From an uncultured virus (IMG/VR IMGVR_UViG_3300037137_000232) (taxonomy: Duplodnaviria > Heunggongvirae > Uroviricota > Caudoviricetes), in the IMG/VR virus record IMGVR_UViG_3300037137_000232: a stretch of 64,000 nucleotides of DNA; one strand, given 5' to 3'. The notes under the pieces were generated by a model. That model worked only from the letters and a program-made list of their open reading frames with translations. It made no database searches and was not told where the DNA came from. Positions 57,739 through 64,000 of this stretch are shown here, in pieces (the first letter of the stretch is position 1; each line of letters begins with the position of its first letter). Position numbers and translations under genes: made by a program.

Positions 57739-58692
57739 TTACTTCGCGCCCACCGCTTCATCCCACGCTGCATCGAAATCCGATGCGTCTGCCTGCGGGG
57801 TTGTGGGGGCACTTCGCTTGGAATCGACCACACCTAGCGCCTTGGCCGCTTTCTTGGCTGCCGCTGAGATTTCGGTCACTTTGGGAGTTACCGGAGCTAC
57901 CACTGGCGCTCCTGCTACAACCGGAGCGGCTTTCCGCCCGGTCGCAGTCTTGAATTCACTGATAAGCTCAACCACTTCGGTTGGCTCTCCTGTGTTGATG
58001 ATCTCTTTGGCGATTCGCTGTCTTGCTCCGGTAAGTGATTTGTCCACCCAATCGTGCACGGCATCGTACATCGCATCGTCGTAATCGCCATGCGTACCTT
58101 GGATCACAGCAAGTGCCGCATTCTCAGCCAACGTATCGGCCGCGACCGCTCCACGTTCAGCCATCGGACCATACACGCGGGCAATCTCGGTAAACACATG
58201 GTCAACCAACTGGGTGTACTCCTTGCGCCGACGTAGCGCCTCACCCTTGATGACATCCGGCCACTGCTTCTCGTACTCCGTTAGAAACTCCTGCTCGTCC
58301 GCTGCATAAAGCGGCGGCGTTTCTGCAGCAGGAGCGGCGGGAGCAGTAGGTGCAGCGGGAGTCACTACAACAGGGGGAGCGGCACGTTCGGACTGCAACG
58401 CCTCGAACTTCGCCTTCCAGTCGGTTTCGTCAACAACCGGCTCGACCACTGGTTCCACAACCGCAGTCGGTTCTACCACCGGCTCATCAACAATCGCGCC
58501 TTTCGCGGCAACCGCAGCGTCGTCAACCGGCGTAGTTTCGACCTTTGCTGCCGGTACAACCGGCTTCACTGCGCCATCGTCATCATCCACAGAGGTTGAT
58601 GGTTCGGGAGCAAGCAACGAGTCGAACACTGATGACATCGCGTCGTACGAGGACAGCGGCGTCTCAACCAGTGGCGTTTTCACGGGGTCCAT
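57739..58692 (-). CDS. Scaffolding protein
   Basis: Acidic, Pro/Ala-rich, between portal and capsid; ends DFDAAWDEA. Confidence 0.7.
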   Translation of the reverse strand: MDPVKTPLVETPLSSYDAMSSVFDSLLAPEPSTSVDDDDGAVKPVVPAAKVETTPVDDAAVAAKGAIVDEPVVEPTAVVEPVVEPVVDETDWKAKFEALQSERAAPPVVVTPAAPTAPAAPAAETPPLYAADEQEFLTEYEKQWPDVIKGEALRRRKEYTQLVDHVFTEIARVYGPMAERGAVAADTLAENAALAVIQGTHGDYDDAMYDAVHDWVDKSLTGARQRIAKEIINTGEPTEVVELISEFKTATGRKAAPVVAGAPVVAPVTPKVTEISAAAKKAAKALGVVDSKRSAPTTPQADASDFDAAWDEAVGAK

Positions 58693-58725
58693 GAGAGAGC
58701 CTTATAGGGAAGTTGAAGGTAGTTG

Positions 58726-58959
58726 TCAAACCTTCGTGGTTGCTACTGGGCGATCTTTCAGGTATTTCAGGACGCGCCTGAATGCACGAGCTTCACCCTG
58801 CAACCCCCACACCTCTTCGGAAGAAGCGTCAACCATCTGGTTTTTCACGCGCTCGTAATCATTCTCCATCAGCGCCAAAAGCGCGATTCCGAACCGTTCC
58901 CCCGAACCTGTGCGAAGTGATGCTTGATGCTCTTCCACTTCAAGTTTGGTCAAATTCAT
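58726..58959 (-). CDS. Small portal-adjacent protein
   Basis: LQGEARAFRRVL motif. Confidence 0.75.
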   Translation of the reverse strand: MNLTKLEVEEHQASLRTGSGERFGIALLALMENDYERVKNQMVDASSEEVWGLQGEARAFRRVLKYLKDRPVATTKV

Positions 58960-61133
58960 TTCTTACCCTTTTTGGTTGTGGGTGGTTTCAGCGGCGGTTT
59001 TTCCACTTTTTTCTCGTCAAGGTGCATCTTCGTCACAATGCCATCCGGCAGTTGGTGATCGCCTGCTTTTGCTGCAGCCACATCCTGCGGTGTGACACCT
59101 TGTTCCAACCCGGTGAGGATCGCGTTGTACGTCGCTGCTTCACCCTTCGCAGAATTGGTGTCGGCTGCCGTCAGATTTTTCACAGCCTCGGCAAGCAACT
59201 TGCGAATCGTCGCACGCAGAAGTTCTTCATTCATCGTCTGCTGTGACTGCGCTTGCGCTGCTTGTGCAGCTTCACGCTTCTTCGCTTCATCATCATCCAC
59301 CATGACGGACGGGTCCATATCACGAACAGCGATACGCTCACGCAGCAACTTGCGATGATCGACGTAGAGCTTCTCCTCCGGCGTCAACGTCGCCGCCAGA
59401 TTGTCATAACCAATGCCACGCACTTCCTTGGCGATCAGACTCGTCGATCCCTTGGCAACTGGCTGAAAATCACCCTTGATCGACTGCTTTGCATTGAAGT
59501 ATTTGTTGAACAACACAAGTGAGCCAATTACCGATTCAGTGAACACGTCGAAATTTCGTACCACATCCTTGAAGGGTAACGCTGCCAGACCTTGCAGCAT
59601 GGATGCACCAGCAGCCGTGCGAAACGGCTCACTCGGCCCCTTCTGCATGTCGCCGCCTGTCGCCGGGTTGACGAAGGTCTCGGCATCAGCGAATTCGCGG
59701 AATAGGTTGTTGATCTTCAGCAACTCGTCGATGTGACTATCGAACGTGATGGTGCGTACGGCCGGATACGCAAGAGTCGCGGGGGAATCATCATCACGCG
59801 GCCAGATTTTGTACGCACTCACAGTCGAGACGTCGGCCGTGGGATCGAGCAACGCCTTGTTTACTTCGAGATTGGTACCACACACGACACCTGCGTTGTC
59901 GAGCGCCATGCGCGCTGTCGCCGCCATGCCAAGTTGTGAATCACGCATGATGAACGGTAGACCATTTCCCACCAACGAGGTGTCGTCCTCCTCGAAGATG
60001 AACTGATGGTACGAACTGATCGGGTCGTCCTCACCGACAATTGACCATGGATTGAGCGTGGCGCGAACGACGGTGCTGTCAAGAATCCACACCACCGCAC
60101 TTACCATGTCGGCGAGTTTGTCATCCGGTATCTGAATACCACAACCTTTTAGGTAGTGTCCTGACAGCCCACCGTCCCACACCAAAAGCTCGTACTTGCG
60201 CCCATCCTGAATGGACGTGTTCAACGCCACACCCATCGTGCGCAACTCCTGCTCATGCTGCTTCTGTTTGTAGTTCCCGTTACGGTGCTCCTTGAGATAC
60301 TTCTTGATGACATCACCCATGAACTCGCTGTTGTTGGCGAGCTTGCGCACCTGCGCGCGTGACATCACATAACGGTGGAACTGCCCGTCCATCTGGTGCA
60401 GATACTTCGCGCTCATGTCCGGGTAGTAGTCCCAAATCGGGACGAACTCGAACTGTGGAATCAGAATGGTCTCATCCACCGGAGCCACTTGATTCGACTG
60501 TGGATCGAGCTTCCATCGGCGTTGCTGCCGGGCCTTCGCCATCGGCCCCTTCAGCACGCCCATACCAAACAACACACCCGATGAAAGCACCTTACGGCAC
60601 AACGCGACATAACCCAACATCTTCGCGCCACCCAACTCGGTGAGTTGATCCTCGATCTCAATTTCAAGGTTCGCCGCACGTTTCTTAGCGAATACCATCA
60701 CTGCGTCAGTGATAGACTCATCCGTTATGGGTGTGTTCTGATCCTGCATCAGTTGGTTAAGCACCGACTGCAAGTCCTCCACCGTGAGATTCGGCACTGG
60801 TGACGGCTCGACGCCCCAGTTCTTTTCGCTCGATGGAAACAGTAGATTCATCAACCGTGACACCATCGACACACACTTGATGCGCGTGATGCGTGGGTAC
60901 GCTTTGCTACGATCACTTGGGATCGCAGCAGCGACCGCTGCGTCGTATTGACCGAGAAACTGGCGCAAATTCTGCGTCCATCTCAACTCGGCAATACGAC
61001 GATCACTCTCATACATCGTGAAGTCCGTGCCGAGCTTCACACCAAGCGAGCGAATCTTGTCCGGGTCGGGTCGCAAAGCCAGTTCGGGTGTGACCGCAGA
61101 GGCGTCGGTCGTGGGAAGCTGAGTTTCATCCAT
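58956..61133 (-). CDS. Portal protein
   Basis: 725 aa after the terminase; FGMGVLKGP, WDYYPD, GNGLP, TAAGASML. Confidence 0.88.
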   Translation of the reverse strand: MDETQLPTTDASAVTPELALRPDPDKIRSLGVKLGTDFTMYESDRRIAELRWTQNLRQFLGQYDAAVAAAIPSDRSKAYPRITRIKCVSMVSRLMNLLFPSSEKNWGVEPSPVPNLTVEDLQSVLNQLMQDQNTPITDESITDAVMVFAKKRAANLEIEIEDQLTELGGAKMLGYVALCRKVLSSGVLFGMGVLKGPMAKARQQRRWKLDPQSNQVAPVDETILIPQFEFVPIWDYYPDMSAKYLHQMDGQFHRYVMSRAQVRKLANNSEFMGDVIKKYLKEHRNGNYKQKQHEQELRTMGVALNTSIQDGRKYELLVWDGGLSGHYLKGCGIQIPDDKLADMVSAVVWILDSTVVRATLNPWSIVGEDDPISSYHQFIFEEDDTSLVGNGLPFIMRDSQLGMAATARMALDNAGVVCGTNLEVNKALLDPTADVSTVSAYKIWPRDDDSPATLAYPAVRTITFDSHIDELLKINNLFREFADAETFVNPATGGDMQKGPSEPFRTAAGASMLQGLAALPFKDVVRNFDVFTESVIGSLVLFNKYFNAKQSIKGDFQPVAKGSTSLIAKEVRGIGYDNLAATLTPEEKLYVDHRKLLRERIAVRDMDPSVMVDDDEAKKREAAQAAQAQSQQTMNEELLRATIRKLLAEAVKNLTAADTNSAKGEAATYNAILTGLEQGVTPQDVAAAKAGDHQLPDGIVTKMHLDEKKVEKPPLKPPTTKKGKK

Positions 61134-61148
61134 CTTGTTCTCCGATGA

Positions 61149-62585
61149 TTACCGCATCACGTAGTGATTGATTGCTCTACGCGCGGGACCAACCTTCGCC
61201 TCGTTACGCCGCGCCTCCCGCGCAGCGGAATGCTGAAAATATCGACACAGGTACCCAAATCCATCGCCCGGATGCGAACTCTGGTTCTTCTCCGGCTCTT
61301 CCTTCAACAGTTTACCCCTCCTGTCAGTCTCATAGCGCCACCCACCCTGCAGCGAACGAATCAAATTCTTGCAGCGAGGGTCAATTTGCAGCGCCGGGAT
61401 ACCCTGAACCAGTCGGGTTGAAAAATACTCTATGGCTTCGATGCGTAATGGAAGCCGATTGTTCAATCCATCGGGAAAAGCGACCCGAAAACCCCCTTTT
61501 CGCTTGTCGCGGAGGGTGTCAACGATGGTTCTTTCGTTGTTATTCGACCTCGTATCAGCGGCCGGATCGGGCGCAATTATGAACTCAAAACCGTTAAAAC
61601 GAGCCTTTAGTAGCGGGTTCAAGCGGTCAGTGATGATTCTTTCGGCCCCCATGTCGCGCTGACACAACTCATCGACGACAAGCAAGCGCCCATTCAAGTC
61701 CTGCTGACCGAAAATGAGCGCACTTCCTGACAATCCGGGGTCAAAACCGGCCACCAGAGGCAAATGCGGGTTCGGTTTTAGGTATGTCTGCGCAACGTGA
61801 AGCTGCGCATTGAACGTCGTGATGACGGGAGTACCTGAAAGTGAGTACCCCCACATGCACTTGATGAATTTGTTAACCCACTGGGGTGATTTTCCTATTT
61901 TCAACGACTCGTAATACTTCGCACCCCCCGGCAAATTCTCAATATTCTCCGCATCCGGGCCATCGCCCGCCGGTTGTATCCACAACATGACATTGGCCGC
62001 AATATCCGCATTCTCAAGACCGAGATATTGGTACCACTCATCATCCTCATTGCCCGGATTCGACGAACCCCACATACCCCAGTTGGTCGCACCACCATCA
62101 ACTTTCGACGGATAGCGCCCACATCGCGCAGCAAGAGCTTCTCTAATTTCCGGTGCAATTTCGACAAACTCATCGAAGATTGCGAACGTAATTTCGAGTG
62201 AGAGTACGCGTGCCACGTCATCAGCCGTGTCGAGCGCGCGGAACAGCACCTCACACTCAACGTCCCCGAAACGAAGCATGAAATTCTTGTCGGTCGCACG
62301 CCAGTCCCCCGCAACGCCATCCTTGAACCAGTAGTTCCACGATACAAGCGTCGTATCCTTCAACTGCGGCATCGTGTTACGCACAATCACTGCCCGCGAG
62401 CGCCGGATACCATCGACCGGTGAGCGTTCCTGCTGTGCTGCCATGTACACGAGCTTGAAGAAAATGCCGGTGGTCTTACCTGACCCCACCGGCCCGATGA
62501 TCCAATCGTGAAAAAGTTCCGCCGCCTTGTAGTGCCGAATGAACTTCCGGACTGTGGGCGGCGGGGTGTAGTTGATTGATGCCAT
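61149..62585 (-). CDS. terL: Terminase large subunit
   Basis: GPVGSGKTT, IVRNTMPQLKDTT, FDEF, SSNP, GFDPG, DPA, SHPGD. Confidence 0.93.
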   Translation of the reverse strand: MASINYTPPPTVRKFIRHYKAAELFHDWIIGPVGSGKTTGIFFKLVYMAAQQERSPVDGIRRSRAVIVRNTMPQLKDTTLVSWNYWFKDGVAGDWRATDKNFMLRFGDVECEVLFRALDTADDVARVLSLEITFAIFDEFVEIAPEIREALAARCGRYPSKVDGGATNWGMWGSSNPGNEDDEWYQYLGLENADIAANVMLWIQPAGDGPDAENIENLPGGAKYYESLKIGKSPQWVNKFIKCMWGYSLSGTPVITTFNAQLHVAQTYLKPNPHLPLVAGFDPGLSGSALIFGQQDLNGRLLVVDELCQRDMGAERIITDRLNPLLKARFNGFEFIIAPDPAADTRSNNNERTIVDTLRDKRKGGFRVAFPDGLNNRLPLRIEAIEYFSTRLVQGIPALQIDPRCKNLIRSLQGGWRYETDRRGKLLKEEPEKNQSSHPGDGFGYLCRYFQHSAAREARRNEAKVGPARRAINHYVMR

Positions 62586-62731
62586 CAGTGTGCCTTTGCA
62601 GCAACGATCTTCAGCACCATTTTAGCGAAGTTTTCGACGAGTGTTTCCACCGAAACATCGCCTTGCCCTGCACGGTTGATGCACCACTGCGCAAGTTGCT
62701 CGGCAAGAACAACGATGGATGCCTGTTCCAC
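62585..62731 (-). CDS. hypothetical protein
   Basis: GTG start overlapping the upstream TAG. Confidence 0.5.
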   Translation of the reverse strand: MEQASIVVLAEQLAQWCINRAGQGDVSVETLVENFAKMVLKIVAAKAH

Positions 62732-63015
62732 TAAAAGCTCGTCGGTTGCGCAACCGCGCGGGTTAACTGCATGAAGCCCGTCTGCAGCGTTGTACACGCA
62801 GCGGCGACCCATCGCGTGTCGAGTTTCGGGTTCAGCATCATGCCTTCGACCATGCGGCCGATGTCATTGCCGAGCGCCTTGATCTCGTTCATCAGTGCAA
62901 CTTCTTCAGTATTGAGTTGCCGATATCCCGTGATCTTCGGTTGCACAAAGTACTCGTCAATCTGCTGCTCCACCGACTTCAGCCCTTCCTGTGTTCCATT
63001 CGGTTGTGTGCTCAC
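62731..63015 (-). CDS. acb2: Acb2-like anti-CBASS cyclic-nucleotide sponge
   Basis: KITGYRQLNTEEVALMNEIK...RW...LQTGFMQLTRAVAQPTSF matches the Acb2 family signature as recalled. Confidence 0.85.
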   Translation of the reverse strand: MSTQPNGTQEGLKSVEQQIDEYFVQPKITGYRQLNTEEVALMNEIKALGNDIGRMVEGMMLNPKLDTRWVAAACTTLQTGFMQLTRAVAQPTSF

Positions 63016-63308
63016 AACTTGCTCTCCTCTTGTTCGATCAACTTCTGCAGGTAGTGTCGAGCCTTGTGCAGATCGACCAACCCTCCTTTGCGCCGATAGC
63101 GGGCGATGTACTTCACGACGTTGCCGTCAAGAAAGCCCAACCCCCACGCCAGAATCGCATCCCACGGCTGAATGATCTGCGCCTTGTAGTGATCGCCGCC
63201 TTCCTGAATGTCGTTCGCCGTAAACCTGATCGGTAGTTTACCCTCGAACATCCGATCACCTAAATCGAGTTCCAGTTGCACTGGATCGCCCATTATTTTC
63301 CTCCGCAA
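63012..63308 (-). CDS. DUF3310 family (T7 gp1.7-like nucleotide kinase domain)
   Basis: GGDHYK...GFLDGNVVKYIARYRRKGGLVDLHKARHYL; start may be 63293. Confidence 0.85.
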   Translation of the reverse strand: MRRKIMGDPVQLELDLGDRMFEGKLPIRFTANDIQEGGDHYKAQIIQPWDAILAWGLGFLDGNVVKYIARYRRKGGLVDLHKARHYLQKLIEQEESKL

Positions 63309-63577
63309 GTAATGGTTACATTCGCCGCACTACGCTTCACCACTGGGTTTGCGCAGTCCTTGAACGTCATCCATGGGTCTTTCACCCCCGGACAACGAAT
63401 CAGCACGTCGTTGCCGCGCTTGCTGATTGTGTATCCCGCACACACCTCGCAAAACGTCATCGGACTGGCGTATGCGCTCGCCAGTCCGATGATCGTGATG
63501 AGCACCGCCACCCAAAACCACCAGACTATCGGCAGCGGTGCTCCGTTGACGTGCTTACGCCAACTGACTCGTCTCAC
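63293..63577 (-). CDS. Membrane-anchored Cys-containing protein
   Basis: N-terminal TM/signal segment; start uncertain. Confidence 0.55.
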   Translation of the reverse strand: MRRVSWRKHVNGAPLPIVWWFWVAVLITIIGLASAYASPMTFCEVCAGYTISKRGNDVLIRCPGVKDPWMTFKDCANPVVKRSAANVTITCGGK

Positions 63578-63644
63578 AGCGGCGTCTCACCGGGCGGCAA
63601 CGGTGTGGGTTGTGGCGCAGGTTGATTCTTCATCGTCTCGCCCA

Positions 63645-64000
63645 TCATGCCACCGCACCAGTGAACGGAAAAGGTGGAACGGGCGGCAGTCCCCAGTTCG
63701 CCCGGCGTTCATTGTCCTCGGCAAGTTCCGCAGATGACATGTAGAACCGCTGGTTGTAGAACATGTCAGCCAACCGCGACCAGTTCGCACCATCCGCTGC
63801 GGGTGTGCCGAACTTCGCGTACAGCGGCGCAGTCATGTAAGCCAACGTACCAACCCGATTCTGGTCGCCATGACACTGGTCAGCAACTCGCGAGACGTAC
63901 CCCATCAGGTTCTCACCCAAGTCAGGGCGTGGGTTACTCAACACATGTCCTGTCGCAACCATCATCGCTGTGTTGGCGCAGTCCACACCCACCACCGGGT
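63645..64000 (-). CDS. hypothetical protein, probably truncated by the window edge
   Basis: ORF runs to within a few bases of the window end. Confidence 0.5.
   Translation of the reverse strand, partial: PVVGVDCANTAMMVATGHVLSNPRPDLGENLMGYVSRVADQCHGDQNRVGTLAYMTAPLYAKFGTPAADGANWSRLADMFYNQRFYMSSAELAEDNERRANWGLPPVPPFPFTGAVA

Larger units (their letters stand above)
1..64000. mobile_element. Tailed bacteriophage genome (podovirus-like, N4-gp56-type capsid), probably near-complete
   Basis: Terminase, portal, capsid, lysin, DNA polymerase, helicase and primase in two converging arms; no host housekeeping genes, sheath or obvious tape measure. Confidence 0.95.

Overview
The window is almost entirely one tailed-phage genome (podovirus-like, probably close to full length; I saw no integrase, host genes, tRNA or CRISPR array). 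It has two converging arms. The + arm (1-26.0 kb) holds an early/accessory region (1-13.3 kb), then a replication module. The early region has many small ORFs, a DUF3150-like / MoxR-type AAA+ / metallopeptidase-vWA trio and four tandem H-C-CxxC zinc-finger paralogs. The replication module has an HTH protein, family A DNA polymerase, HNH, Cas4-like PD-(D/E)XK nuclease, VRR-NUC, SNF2 helicase, DEDD exonuclease and primase-helicase. The - arm (64-26.0 kb) holds DUF3310, an Acb2-like anti-CBASS protein, large terminase, portal, scaffold, N4-gp56-type major capsid, adaptor, a 2356-aa polyvalent virion protein, a lysozyme-holin fusion and a long, paralog-rich tail/fibre block. The most striking unexplained structure is in the early region. 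There are eight copies of the palindrome (A)TCTGAGCATGCTCAGA(T), with copy-specific symmetric extensions up to 30 bp. They are often preceded by a second motif, CGAGACTGTAGT, and sit at gene junctions. Apparently structured non-coding RNA segments lie beside some copies, one of them hammerhead-like. All family calls come from motif recognition by eye; no database search or folding program was run.
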